Shown: piece after piece, positions 27,926 through 40,300 of the stretch
Position numbering within the stretch: the first letter of the stretch is position 1
Layout of the letters: each line of letters opens with the position of its first letter
Source of the DNA: Eledone cirrhosa
Taxonomy: Eukaryota
Assembly (NCBI GenBank): GCA_964016885.1
Contig: OZ024741.1
Location: 411,556,001 to 411,620,000, forward strand
Direction: 5' to 3'
DNA: 64,000 nt
The notes under the pieces: model-generated
Told to the model about the DNA's origin: nothing
The model's database searches: none
Seen by the model: only the letters and a program-made list of their open reading frames with translations
Position numbers and translations under genes: made by a program

Positions 27926-29272
27926 AAGGTCGGGCGGAGGTGGCGAACACTTATATAGCGTCCGTCATCTACTACCGCCTGACCGTTGTGCCTTGCCCAA
28001 GGGAAACGCTCGCCAAAATGGAGCGCGCACTCTTCCAATTCCTTTGGAAGAAGCGGGCTCCTATGGTGAGGAGATCCATCTGCTGTCAACACCCTTCGAA
28101 AGGGGGGCTGGGGATGCCGTGGCTAATGATGCGTAAACACGCATTAAGGCTACGGCACCTCTACGTATTCCTCACCGGTCAACCGGTGTGGGCCCCGTTT
28201 GTGAGGCGAGCCTTTCCCAGACTCGTCTCATTCACCGAGCTGCAATCCTGGGTCAAGCAAAGACCAAGAAAACTGGGCGCCTGGCACACCGAGTGTGCCC
28301 AGGCGCTCACAGCTCTCTGGCAGGTGGACCCGGTTGTCAGTGGAGAATCCACCTCGTCATTCTATAGAGGGTTGGTGGTTAGCAGGTGCGACGACGCCCT
28401 CGGAGAAGCCCTAGGCATGGAGGAAGACGAACTGGCCAACCTGTTCGGTAGGACATTCAGCCCGGGACCTATGGATAACTTCCAGAGGTCCCTGGCCTGG
28501 CAGTGCTACCGAGGGGCTCTGCCCGTTCGAGAAAGGCTCTACAGACACGGGCGCCCGGGTAGGGACCCCTCTAAAAAGATCTGTCCCAGATGCGTGTGCG
28601 ACGAGGAAACCGTTGCACACGCATTGGTACACTGCTCGGGCATTGCCGATCTGTGGGGCTATGTCGAACAACTGCTGTCAAGGGTGGGACCGATCCGGTT
28701 GACCACCGAGTCTATTGTAACGATCAAGCCGCCTCCCCTCTTCAAAAACGAAGGAGAGGCGGTGTTTCTGTGCGTAATAGCCATGGCGAAAGAGGTTGTA
28801 TGGTGGACGCATCTGAAAAGACTGAGGTCAGACACCTTTCTCTCTGGCCAACAACTGGTCCGTTTCTTCCGATATCATTTCGGAAGAAGGATCAGGATGG
28901 AGAGAGAGGTGCTGCACCCCAGCCGTTTTTATGAAAGATGGGTGAAAGTGGCGAGAATGGCCCGTGTGAATGGGCCTTCACTCTACATCAGACTATAGGT
29001 GAGAAAGATGAAAGACCAAGGGAGCACCCCCTCTCTGTGCTCCTGAGGAGAAGGGTTGCACACTTTTTTTTTGGGGGGGGGGGTGCGACCCCCCAAGGCG
29101 CTTCCTCCCTATTGAGGATTTTGTTATAAAATTTATTTTGTTATATTTTATTTTATTTTTATACTTTTATATCTTGTTATTGCCTCCTCCATATTGAGGA
29201 CGCTTTGCATGTAAACTCCCCCCTTTGTACTTGTCCCACTTTTGATGCCCTGGTGGCAAATAAAAAGAAAGT
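27926..29272 (+). mobile_element. 5'-truncated Tx1/L1-clade non-LTR retrotransposon (ORF2 C-terminus with zinc knuckle, 3' UTR)
   Basis: KGRAEVANTYIAS..FQFLW..KGGLGMP..LPVRERL..CPRCVCDEETVAHALVHC; stop at 28998; AATAAA at ~29259; identical 20-bp flanks TATCTCTTTCTCTCTCTCTA at 27906-27925 and 29273-29292. Confidence 0.92.
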
Positions 29273-29599
29273 TATCTCTTTCTCTCTCTCTATTTATGAA
29301 GGTACCCAGTAAAACCCTGTATCTCGGGAACCCGTGCTCATATTTACGTGAAACTTGTTTTATTCCATTTGTATTCCCATTCCAAGGGCAACTTCCTTTC
29401 AAAGTATTTTCCCATTATTCACCGTTTTGGCTGCTTTAAATTACAGACAAGTACACAATCACAGAGTTTTAGTAGTATATAGATATATATACACACACAG
29501 TAATGTTTTATCAAAGCTTATTAAATAGGTAAATTATATTTATATGTATGGTGTGTATAATAATGTTGATTTATTTTTATTTCATTTTATTTTAAACAG

Positions 29600-29916
29600 A
29601 AATTTCCAAGCAAGTCTCCTCCTCCAGATGTAACCACAGTCACAATAAATCTTGCTTCACCGACATTGATGTTTTATCTCAAAGAAGGAGGCTCCAGATG
29701 TGCTTTTCTAATGATTATTCCACATTTCCAAAAGAGGAACAATTTGCTGTGTTTTTACCAATGTCCAGCTCTAGCATTGATATTATAACACAACTAAATA
29801 GACTTCTTCATCTTGCCAAATATTGGCACCAAAGACTTGCCATGTCTTCTTCCTCTTCCAGTAACTTGTCTTGGATAAACTCTGGCATTATGGAGCTCTA
29901 CAATACTTTTCTTGAA
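29600..29916 (+). CDS. Host-gene exon C (phase 1-0): EISKQVSSSRCNH...FPKEEQFAVFLPMS...ELYNTFLE
   Basis: TTTTAAACAG acceptor, GTAAGT donor, open frame in the phase required by exon B. Confidence 0.8.
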
Positions 29917-29954
29917 GTAAGTTAATATTCCCACTCTTTTTCTCATATATTCTC

Positions 29955-30320
29955 TCATTGGTTTAAGTCATTAAACTGTGGCCATGCTGGGGCACCACAT
30001 TCTGTTATTGATTTCATACATTAGACGGTGGCCATGCTGGGGCACCACTTTCTTTCATTGGTTTAAGTCATTAGACTGTGGCCATGACGGGGCACCACAT
30101 TAAAGAGATTTAGTTGATCATATTGAATCCAGTACTTAAATGGATTTCCAAGCCTTGTGCCTAAATCGGAAACTATTATATTTGTGATGATGCTTCTATA
30201 AAATACACCCAGTCCACTCTGTAAAGGACATCCAGATGTAGAAACTAAATTTATTCTCATTATATTTGTGATGGTACCTCTATGAAATACACCCAGTCCA
30301 CTCTGTAAAGTTGTTACAGT
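29955..30320. mobile_element. Degraded SINE/RTE-tail fragments with local duplications
   Basis: GTGGCCATG(C)TGGGGCACCAC occurs 3 times; AAATACACCCAGTCCACTCTGTAAAG occurs twice (same motif as the 48-bp satellite and the RTE 3' UTR). Confidence 0.55.
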
Positions 30321-30416
30321 TAAGAAGTACATCTAACCATTGTAACACTATATTACATTCAAGTAACTTCTATCTCCAGATCTTTAATTCTGAAAGATTT
30401 TCCCAATTTTTTCCAG

Positions 30417-30509
30417 TCAGGAATACTCTTGATCAACAACTATGCCAGAAGTCTCTTGAAAATAGATGCTATTAATTTTTTGAAAGAAAACTCAAAAACC
30501 AAAATAAAA
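30417..30509 (+). CDS. Host-gene exon D (phase 0-0): SGILLINNYARSLLKIDAINFLKENSKTKIK
   Basis: TTTTTTCCAG acceptor, GTAAGT donor, 93 nt open. Confidence 0.75.
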
Positions 30510-30708
30510 GTAAGTTGATTTTGTTCCATTCACCAATTGGCTTTTGTCCTATTTGTACCTGAAACCACCCCACAGGTTCTCTGATGCAATATATTTATTT
30601 TAAAGTCTTTATATTTATTGAAATAACTTGCATCATAATGTTATGTAAGAACTTTTGTTATTAAATCCCCCACAAAATACTACATTTTCAAAATCCAATG
30701 CAAATTAT

Positions 30709-32580
30709 AGTAGTAGTGCTGCTGTCATGATAAAATACACCCAGTACACTTTATAAAGTAGTAGTGCTGATATCATGATAAAATACACCTAGCACACTTT
30801 ATAAAGTGGTAGTGCTGATATCATGATAAAATACACCTAGTACACTATATAAAGTAGTAGTGCTGATATCATGATAAAATACACCTAGTACACTTTATAA
30901 AGTGGTAGTGCTGATATCATGATAAAATACACCTAGTACACTTTTTAAAGTAGTAGTGCTGATATCATGATAAAATACACCTAGTACACTTTATAAAGTG
31001 GTAGTGCTGATATCATGATAAAATGCACCTAGTACACTTTATAAAGTGGTAGTGCTGATATCATGATAAAATACACCCTGTACACTTTATAAAGTGGTAG
31101 TGCTGATATCATTATAAAATACACCCTGTACACTTTATAAAGTGGTAGTGCTGATATCTTGATAAAATACACCCGGTACACTTTATAAAGTGGTAGTGCT
31201 GATATCATTATAAAATACACCCAGTACATTTTATAAAGTGGTAGTGCTGATATCACGATAAAATACACCCAGTACGCTTTATAAAGTGGTAGCGCTGGTA
31301 TCATGATCAAATACACCCAGTACACTCTGTAAAGTAGTAGTGCTGGTATCATGATAAAATACACCCTGTACACTTTATAAAGTTGTAGTGTTGATATCAT
31401 GATAAAATACACCCTGTACACTCTGTAAAGTAGTAGTGCTGATATCATGATAAAATACACCCTGTACACTTTATAAAGTTGTAGTGCTGGTATCATGATA
31501 AAATACACCCTGTACACTTTATAAAGTTGTAGTGCTGGTATCATGATAAAATACACCCAGTACATTTTATAAAGTGGTAGTGCTGATATCATGATAAAAT
31601 ACACCCAGTACGCTTTATAAAGTGGTAGTGCTGATATCATGATAAAATACACCCAGTACGCTTTATAAAGTGGTAGTGCTGATATCATGATAAAATACAC
31701 CCAGTACATTTTATAAAGTGGTAGTGCTGATATCTTGATAACATACACCCAGTATGCTTTATAAAGTGGTAGTGCTGGTATCATGATAAAATACACCCAG
31801 TACATTTTATAAAGTGGTAGTGCTGATATCATGATAAAATACACCCAGTACGCTTTATAAAGTGGTAGTGCTGATATCATGATAAAATACACCCAGTACA
31901 TTTTATAAAGTGGTAGTGCTGATATCATGATAAAATACACCCAGTACGCTTTATAAAGTGGTAGTGCTGATATCATGATAAAATACACCCAGTACATTTT
32001 ATAAAGTGGTAGTGCTGATATCTTGATAAAATACACCCAGTATGCTTTATAAAGTGGTAGTGCTGGTATCATGATAAAATACACCCAGTACACTCTGTAA
32101 AGTAGTAGTGCTGGTATCATGATAAAATACACCCTGTACACTTTATAAAGTGGTAGTGCTGATATCATGCTAAAATACACCCAGTACACTCTGTAAAGTA
32201 GTAGTGCTGGTATCATGATAAAATACACCCTGTACACTTTATAAAGTGGTAGTGCTGATATCATGCTAAAATACACCCAGTACACTCTGTAAAGTAGTAG
32301 TACTGGTATCATGATAAAATACACCCTGTACACTTTATAAAGTGGTAGTGCTGATATCATGCTAAAATACACCCAGTACACTCTGTAAAGTAGTAGTGTT
32401 GGTGTCATGATAAAATACACCCTGTACACTCATTAAAGTGGTAGTGCTGGTGTCATGATAAAATTAAGCCAGTACACTCTGTAGTAAGGGAATGCTAGAG
32501 CTATGATAAAGCACACACACTATACTCTATAAAGTAGTAGTGGTTGTCTTATGAAAAATTGCACCGAGTACACTCTGTAA
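30709..32580. repeat. 48-bp satellite, about 37-39 copies
   Basis: Unit GTAGTGCTGATATCATGATAAAATACACCCAGTACACTTTATAAAGTG. The 16-aa periodicity of ORF 31029-32429 confirms the period; the array degrades rightwards. Confidence 0.96.
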
Positions 32581-32721
32581 AAGAGTTGATGATAGAAACC
32601 ATACCAAATATGGAATGTAAGAGCAGGATGTGATCACCTGACCTGTCTAGCCTCAGAATACGACAACCTGTTCAACATGGAAAGTAGACATAAAAATGAT
32701 GATGAGGGTGATGATGATGAT
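32581..32721 (+). mobile_element. RTE-type 3' tail remnant ending in (GAT)n, continuous with the 48-bp array
   Basis: TAGAAACC...CATGGAAAGTAGACATAAAAAT(GAT)n resembles the RTE tail CGTGGAAGATGGACGTTAAAC(GAT)n. Confidence 0.6.
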
Positions 32722-33029
32722 TCTGTTGCTGTGGGTGGCTGGAATACATAATAGTTATTTCTAAACTTTCTCTTGGAGCTGAAATTTAGAAGAAATATTT
32801 ATTATATTTGTTCACTTTCACAAACATAAAAGTGTTTGCCTGCAATATATCAACTCCTTCACATAATTGTGTTAACATCTGATGATGTTACACCAGTGCC
32901 AGTCGCTGCAATAATGATTGTATAACAACTCCACACTGGTCTCACAGAAATACGTATAATCCAATAAATACAGTTATGAAACATCTATCTTAATGTCTTT
33001 ATTCTATAGATATTTATTATTTCTTTCAG

Positions 33030-33137
33030 ATAGTTGATGATGCATCTTTGAGAGATTCTGATCAATTTTGCAAGAATTTTCAACGGAAGACTTCTAATCT
33101 CTACCAACAGTTCTCATCTTTTTATTTCACAAAGAAA
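33030..33137 (+). CDS. Host-gene exon E (phase 0-0): IVDDASLRDSDQFCKNFQRKTSNLYQQFSSFYFTKK
   Basis: TTTCTTTCAG acceptor, GTAAGT donor, 108 nt open. Confidence 0.8.
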
Positions 33138-33171
33138 GTAAGTTTATCAATTTTGTTTTATGTAATAAAAA

Positions 33172-33440
33172 TGTGGTTAGAGTGTTGGGTTCATGATCAT
33201 GAGGTTGTGGGTTTGATTCCTGAATCAAGCAGTGTGTTGTACCCTTGCGCAAAACACTTCATTTCCTATTGCTCCAGTTCACTTGGCTGAAATATATGAG
33301 TACCAGCAGAAGCTGAATTTTAGATCTGAGATGGACTAGCATCCAGTTTAGGGAAGGGTCGGGTATCTTGTACTTTTAGTCGTTTAATGACAGCAAAACT
33401 GTGATAAAGTCTCGCCTGTTGAGCTTCTGGGACTAAGGGC
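33172..33440 (+). mobile_element. Degraded tRNA-derived SINE
   Basis: A-box-like GTGGTTAGAG and B-box-like GGTTTGATTCC, followed by a CCTTGCGCAAAACACTT..ATGAGTACC..GATGGACTAGCATCC body typical of invertebrate SINE cores (recalled). Confidence 0.65.
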
Positions 33441-33790
33441 AGTTAACACTACAACAGACTGACATCCTGTCAGATAACACCATAGAAACTAGGATAAGGT
33501 CTCACCCAGTAGACCTCTGGGGCTAGGGGCAGCTGTTAACATTGCAACAGACATCCTCTGGCCTGATCAACCTCTGGGGCTAGGGGACTGTTGTTTTGGG
33601 GGCTGTTTTTCTGACATAGCTGTCAGTTTCTTCAATCAATGATATAAGCTATATCTGCAGTCATTACTGTTGATGTCATAGACAGATCATCAGAGAGACA
33701 GAAGCAATAGTAAAATAGTATTTACTAAGTTCTACTAATTTTTTTGAATAAATAAATTATTTGGTAAGTTTTATATTTCATGAAATACAG

Positions 33791-33868
33791 GGTGAAACAC
33801 AAGAGAAGATGTTGATAGAACTACACCAGTCAATTGAGAGGGTTGTGAAGGATCATTATTCTAAACAG
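33791..33868 (+). CDS. Host-gene exon F (phase 0-0): GETQEKMLIELHQSIERVVKDHYSKQ
   Basis: ATACAG acceptor, CAG|GTAACA donor, 78 nt open. Confidence 0.75.
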
Positions 33869-33907
33869 GTAACATATGTTCTTTATACATGTCATATCAT
33901 CATCGTT

Positions 33908-34716
33908 GGTACTGGGGTGGACTCTTCCAGTACTGGGGTGGACTCTTCCAGTACTGGGGCAGACTCTTCCAGTACTGGGGCAGACTCTTCCAGTACTGGG
34001 GCAGACTCATCCAGTACTGGGGTGGACTCTTCCAGTACTGGGGTGGACTCTTCCAGTACTGGGGCAGACTCTTCCAGTACTGGGGCAGACTCTTCCAGTA
34101 CTGGGGCAGACTCATCCAGTACTGGGGTGGACTCTTCCAGTACTGGGGTGGACTCTTCCAGTACTGGGGCAGACTCTTCCAGTATTGGGGTAGACTCTTC
34201 CAGTACTGGGGTGGACTCTTCCAGTACTGGGGCAGACTCTTCCAGTACTGGGGTGGACTCTTCCAGTACTGGGGCAGACTCATCCAGTACTGGGGTGGAC
34301 TCTTCCAGTACTGGGGTGGACTCTTCCAGTACTGGGGCAGACTCTTCCAGTACTGGGGTGGACACTTCCTGTACTGGGGTGGACTCTTCCAATACTAGGG
34401 TGGACTCTTCCTGTATTGGGGTAGACTCATCCAGTACTGGGGTGGACTCTTCCAGTACTGGGGTAGTCTCTTCCTGTACTAGGGTGGACTCTTCCAGTAC
34501 TAGGGTGGACCCTTCCAGTACTGGGGTAGACTCTTCCAGTACTAGGGTAGACTTTTCTTGTACTGGGGTGGACCCTTCCAGTACTGGGGTAGACTCTTCC
34601 AGTACTAGGGTAGACTTTTCTTGTACTGGGGTGGACCCTTCCAGTACTGGGGTAGACTCTTCCAGTACTAGGGTAGACTTTTCTTGTACTGGGGTGGACT
34701 CTTCCAGTACTGGGGT
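33908..34716. repeat. 21-bp minisatellite, about 38 copies
   Basis: Unit GTACTGGGGTGGACTCTTCCA; homogeneous 5' half, diverged 3' half ending in a 42-bp dimer repeat. Confidence 0.96.
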
Positions 34717-34750
34717 CAATAAAAGAATACCAGTCAAGTATTGGATTCGA

Positions 34751-34753
<3 letters not shown>

Positions 34754-34830
<77 letters not shown>
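34754..34830. repeat. (TC)n(TA)n microsatellite, left boundary of the PLE-2 insertion
   Basis: Read directly. Confidence 0.95.
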
Positions 34831-34835
<5 letters not shown>

Positions 34836-34865
34836 AGATAAAAAGATGGTTAAAAGAGTTCCATG

Positions 34866-34936
34866 TATTTTATTATGCGCATTTCAAAAACAAATATCAT
34901 CATGAGATGACATTTGCGTTTTCGTCAGATAAAATA
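34866..34936 (-). ncRNA. Minimal type I hammerhead ribozyme (PLE-2 inverted pLTR copy A)
   Basis: UAUUUUAU-CUGACGA-stem II-GAAA-UGCGCA-UA^AUAAAAUA on the minus strand. Confidence 0.85.
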
Positions 34937-36038
34937 GGGAGACATGATATGAAGGTTAAAAAACACTTGTGAATAGTGCAGTTTTATATCAACACATGAA
35001 AAGTAATTTAAGATTGATGTGTGATATTGGGGAAAAAATAAGGCAGGGGGTGGGGTGGAAAGGATGAAAAAGAGGAGGAGATGAGAGTAAAGAATGGTGG
35101 GGGAGGAGTATAATAAAGAAGGATGAGATAGGAGGAGAGATGGTGATAGAAAGAGAGAGATAGCCTTTATAACTGAGAAAAAAATATATTGTTTCACAGA
35201 GAGAGGTTAAAAAGCTGTTGGAAGATAAAAGAACTTGAAAATTGATGAAGAGAAAAAAAAAATTAATGAAGAGAAAAAAATTAAGAATAATGTTAAATTA
35301 AGGTTTGTATATTGAAGGGTTTAATAATATGTGCGATGAAAAGAAATTGTTAATATGTATTATTAAAATAAAAATATTAATGTTATTAAGGATATAATGT
35401 GAAAAGAAGTAGAAGAGTGGATGAATTATGAATTTAGAGGAATTAGTTAGTGTTTAAGTTTGTTTTTATGTAATGTAATATGTATGCGTAATATATGTAA
35501 ATAGTTTGTTTACAAAAGAGCGCAGAAAGCAAAGAAGAAAATAGTGTTTAAGGAAGAGAAGACTCTAACAACAAAATATATATGTTTATGAAGTATTTCC
35601 TAATGGTAATAATATAATGTAATAAAGGAGATTAGTTAGTGTTTAAGTTTGTTTTTATGTATTGTGATATGTAATATGTAAAAGTTAGACGAGCATGAAA
35701 GGGAGAAAAAAAATATAATGAATTGAGGAGGAATAATCTAACGTCAAAAAATGTTTATGTTTACGAAGGATTTTTAAAGGTAATACTATAAAGTATTTAA
35801 AAGGTAATAATAAGTTTTATGGCCAATGATATGAAGGAAGAAGGAAGAGTGGTTATATTGTGGTGAGTAATAATAAGAATTGAGAAGTATCTAGGAAGAA
35901 AAAGTACAGATTAGAGGTTAGAAATTAAAAGAAGAGAGGAAGAAAGGGAATTGATAAATAGGAATGATATAGAATGAGTAACTAGTGTTATATAATGTAT
36001 AATAAATAACATTGAAATAAGGTAGAAAGAGTTCCATG

Positions 36039-36109
36039 TATTTTATTATGCGCATTTCAAAAACAAATATCATCATGAGATGACATTTGCGTTTTCGTCA
36101 GATAAAATA
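36039..36109 (-). ncRNA. Minimal type I hammerhead ribozyme (PLE-2 inverted pLTR copy B)
   Basis: Same sequence as 34866-34936, offset by 1173 bp. Confidence 0.85.
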
Positions 36110-37338
36110 GGGAGACATGATATGAAGGTTAAAAAACACTTGTGAATAGTGCAGTTTTATATCAACACATGAAAAGTAATTTAAGATTGATGTGTGATAT
36201 TGGGGAAAAAATAAGGCAGGGGGTGGGGTGGAAAGGATGAAAAAGAGGAGGAGATGAGAGTAAAGAATGGTGGGGGAGGAGTATAATAAAGAAGGATGAG
36301 ATAGGAGGAGAGATGGTGATAGAAAGAGAGAGATAGCCTTTATAACTGAGAAAAAAATATATTGTTTCACAGAGAGAGGTTAAAAAGCTGTTGGAAGATA
36401 AAAGAACTTGAAAATTGATGAAGAGAAAAAAAAAATTAATGAAGAGAAAAAAATTAAGAATAATGTTAAATTAAGGTTTGTATATTGAAGGGTTTAATAA
36501 TATGTGCGATGAAAAGAAATTGTTAATATGTATTATTAAAATAAAAATATTAATGTTATTAAGGATATAATGTGAAAAGAAGTAGAAGAGTGGATGAATT
36601 ATGAATTTAGAGGAATTAGTTAGTGTTTAAGTTTGTTTTTATGTAATGTAATATGTATGCGTAATATATGTAAATAGTTTGTTTACAAAAGAGCGCAGAA
36701 AGCAAAGAAGAAAATAGTGTTTAAGGAAGAGAAGACTCTAACAACAAAATATATATGTTTATGAAGTATTTCCTAATGGTAATAATATAATGTAATAAAG
36801 GAGATTAGTTAGTGTTTAAGTTTGTTTTTATGTATTGTGATATGTAATATGTAAAAGTTAGACGAGCATGAAAGGGAGAAAAAAAATATAATGAATTGAG
36901 GAGGAATAATCTAACGTCAAAAAATGTTTATGTTTACGAAGGATTTTTAAAGGTAATACTATAAAGTATTTAAAAGGTAATAATAAGTTTTATGGCCAAT
37001 GATATGAAGGAAGAAGGAAGAGTGGTTATATTGTGGTGAGTAATAATAAGAATTGAGAAGTATCTAGGAAGAAAAAGTACAGATTAGAGGTTAGAAATTA
37101 AAAGAAGAGAGGAAGAAAGGGAATTGATAAATAGGAATGATATAGAATGAGTAACTAGTGTTATATAATGTATAATAAATAACATTGAAATAAGGTAGAA
37201 AGATGGGTATATTTTTAAAGAAATATATATATATGCCTTTGAGAAAAAGGATTTTTAAACTGGTAAAGTATTAGATATTAGATGTATACTTTATGGAATG
37301 TTCTGTGGAATTTATGCAAGCAGAGAGAAAATAAGTCA

Positions 37339-40300
37339 AAGAAACCCTTACAGAGGACAAGAATACGATTTTAAACCTTAATTCCTAAAAAAATGTTTTA
37401 GTCCACTCCGACAAAACAAATAATTTATATGGTATATCTAAGGATAACTATAATAACCTTATCCTTAAAGAACTAAGGAAGAAATATCGCAAAACTAACC
37501 ATGATCATTTAGAATCCATAAACTTTGAAGCTTCTGAGATTATGTCAAAACTTGGCATCGAAAAAAAGACCGAACCATTCCTCCCAAGAACTCCGAGGAT
37601 AAATCTCAAGGATCACAAAAACAACTTTCGTACGGAACTACCTGTTAGACTAATCGCCCCCTCTAAATCAGATCTGGGGGTTATTAGCAAAGCCATCTTG
37701 AATAGAATTATCCCACAGGTTCGTTCTAATTGCTCTACTTCTAACTTAAATTTATGGTTTGGTACATCTGAAGTAATTGGCTGGTTCAACAACTTGAATA
37801 AGAAAAACAAACAAAAATGTATTCAATTTGATATTGCCAGCTACTATTCTTCTATTTCGCCCTCACTTCTCAACAATGCTCTATCTTTCGCACTTAAATA
37901 TTCAGACATCACCACAGATGAACTTCACATCATTCTCACCGGACGTAAAACCATCTTAGAATTCAACAATGAATACTGGACTAGAGCTAATACCTCCAAC
38001 AACTTTGACATTACAATGGGTGCATCCGATTCATCCCAATTGACAGATTTAATTGGTATCTTTATTTTGAACTCTTTGAATCGGAAAATTCCTCAATTTC
38101 GCGGTGGAATTTATCGGGACGATGGACTTTTTACTATCTTAAATTGCAACATAGTTAAACTTAATATTATTAAGAACAATATACGTGATCTCTTTAACCA
38201 ACATAACTTAAAAATTGAATTTGATAACAACGTCAAACTAGCTAACTTCTTGGATATATCCCTTAATCTTGACACTGGCCTATATTACCCTTACCATAAA
38301 AACAATGAGAATCTAAATTATGTTAATTTTAAATCTAACCACCCCACTAACATTAAAAATGCTATAGTTAGTAATATTGGAAAAAGAATATAAAACCTAT
38401 CATCTAATAAAAAATATCTTTGATGCTAACGCCAATTACTATAATAACGCGCTTTCTAAAGCCGGTTATCCTGATAAAATCAAATACAGTAAAGAAACCA
38501 ATCCTAGAAGATCTTACAGTAAAATAATTAATTATGATCATCCCAATAACTTTAATAAAAGACCTAGATACAAAAATATAATCTGGTATAATGCTCCTTT
38601 CTCTATCTCTATTAATAATTATATTCCTAAATTATTCTTTAGTGCCCTAAATAAATGCTCCCCTCCCTCACATATCTATAGTAAAATATTTAACAAACAT
38701 ACTATAAAATTTCCTATTCCACCTCCTCCAACATCTCCAACATTATCTCTAAACACAACAATAAAACATTAAATACTAAATCACTTCCTTCCAACACTGA
38801 ATGTCATAATAATAGCAGTAGTCATTGTCAACTCTAAGCTAGTTTCTGCAAACCCAAATACGACGTCAAACGTAACTTCGTCAAATGTTCTTAATACCAA
38901 TCTAAATCAGGAAACTATTATTCCTATCGTAAATAACTTCTCCAATCCAATTCCTCCTATAGATAACATTAGGTCACTTGTTAATAACTCTGTTAATTTC
39001 TCTAATCGCAATTGTAATTGCCCTGTTAAAAATAAATGTCCTCTCAACAACCATTGTCTTGAAAAAAACTTAATCTATGAATGTAAAGTTATAACTGACA
39101 CCAATTCCTTTACCTGTTTTGGCTCCACTTCCACCTCCTTTAAAGTCCGTCTTTATAATCACCATTCTTCTTTTAAATACCAACTTAAAAGAACCAACAC
39201 AGCACTCTTAGAACTCATATGGTCCTTGAAAGACAAAAATATTAACTATAATATCTCTTGGAGGAAAGTTTGTTCGGCCTTTCCCTACTTGAATGCCTCT
39301 CTATCCAAAACATGTAATCTTTGTTTATGTGAGAAATTTCCATTATATATAATTTAGATTCTATAATAAATAGACGCACTGACTTATTTTCTCTCTGCTT
39401 GCATAAATTCCACAGACCATTCCATAAGGTATACAGCTAATATCTAATACTTTGCCAGTTTAAAATCCCTTTTCTCAAAGGCATATATATATATTTCTTT
39501 AAAAATATACCCATCTTTCTACCTTATTTCAATGTTATTTATTATACATTATATAACACTAGTTACTCATTCTATATCATTCCTATTTATCAATTCCCTT
39601 TCTTCCTCTTTTCTTTTAATTTCTAACTTCTAATCTGTACTTTTTCTTCCTAGATACTTCTCAATTCTTATTATTACTCACCACAATATAACCACTCTTC
39701 CTTCTTCCTTCATATCATTGGCCATAAAACTTATTATTACCTTTTAAATACTTTATAGTATTACCTTTAAAAATCCTTCGTAAACATAAACATTTTTTGA
39801 CGTTAGATTATTCCTCCTCAATTCATTATATTTTTTTTCTCCCTTTCATGCTCGTCTAACTTTTACATATTACATATCACAATACATAAAAACAAACTTA
39901 AACACTAACTAATCTCCTTTATTACATTATATTATTACCATTAGGAAATACTTCATAAACATATATATTTTGTTGTTAGAGTCTTCTCTTCCTTAAACAC
40001 TATTTTCTTCTTTGCTTTCTGCGCTCTTTTGTAAACAAACTATTTACATATATTACGCATACATATTACATTACATAAAAACAAACTTAAACACTAACTA
40101 ATTCCTCTAAATTCATAATTCATCCACTCTTCTACTTCTTTTCACATTATATCCTTAATAACATTAATATTTTTATTTTAATAATACATATTAACAATTT
40201 CTTTTCATCGCACATATTATTAAACCCTTCAATATACAAACCTTAATTTAATATTATTCTTAATACATATTAACAATTTCTTTTCATCGCACATATTATT

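Larger units (their letters stand above)
34828..37338 (-). mobile_element. Two tandem inverted copies of the PLE-2 3' UTR/pseudo-LTR (period 1173 bp)
   Basis: Reverse complement of ~39380-40808; identical spurious ORFs at 34925 and 36098; junction at the AAAGA microhomology (~36026-36030). Confidence 0.92.

Noticed and set aside
30380-30416. Upstream acceptor CTCCAG at 30379 for exon D
   Set aside because: In phase 0 it runs into TAA; the acceptor at 30416 keeps frame.
31029-32429. 466-aa hydrophobic repeat ORF
   Set aside because: Minus-strand translation of the 48-bp satellite.
33172-33245. tRNA gene
   Set aside because: A/B boxes only, no cloverleaf, and followed by a SINE body.
25445-39440. 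Selenoprotein-type (Naiad) PLEs with in-frame UGA
   Set aside because: The endonuclease is C-terminal and the conserved Cys positions read as Cys; the disruptions seen are frameshifts and TAA/TAG stops.
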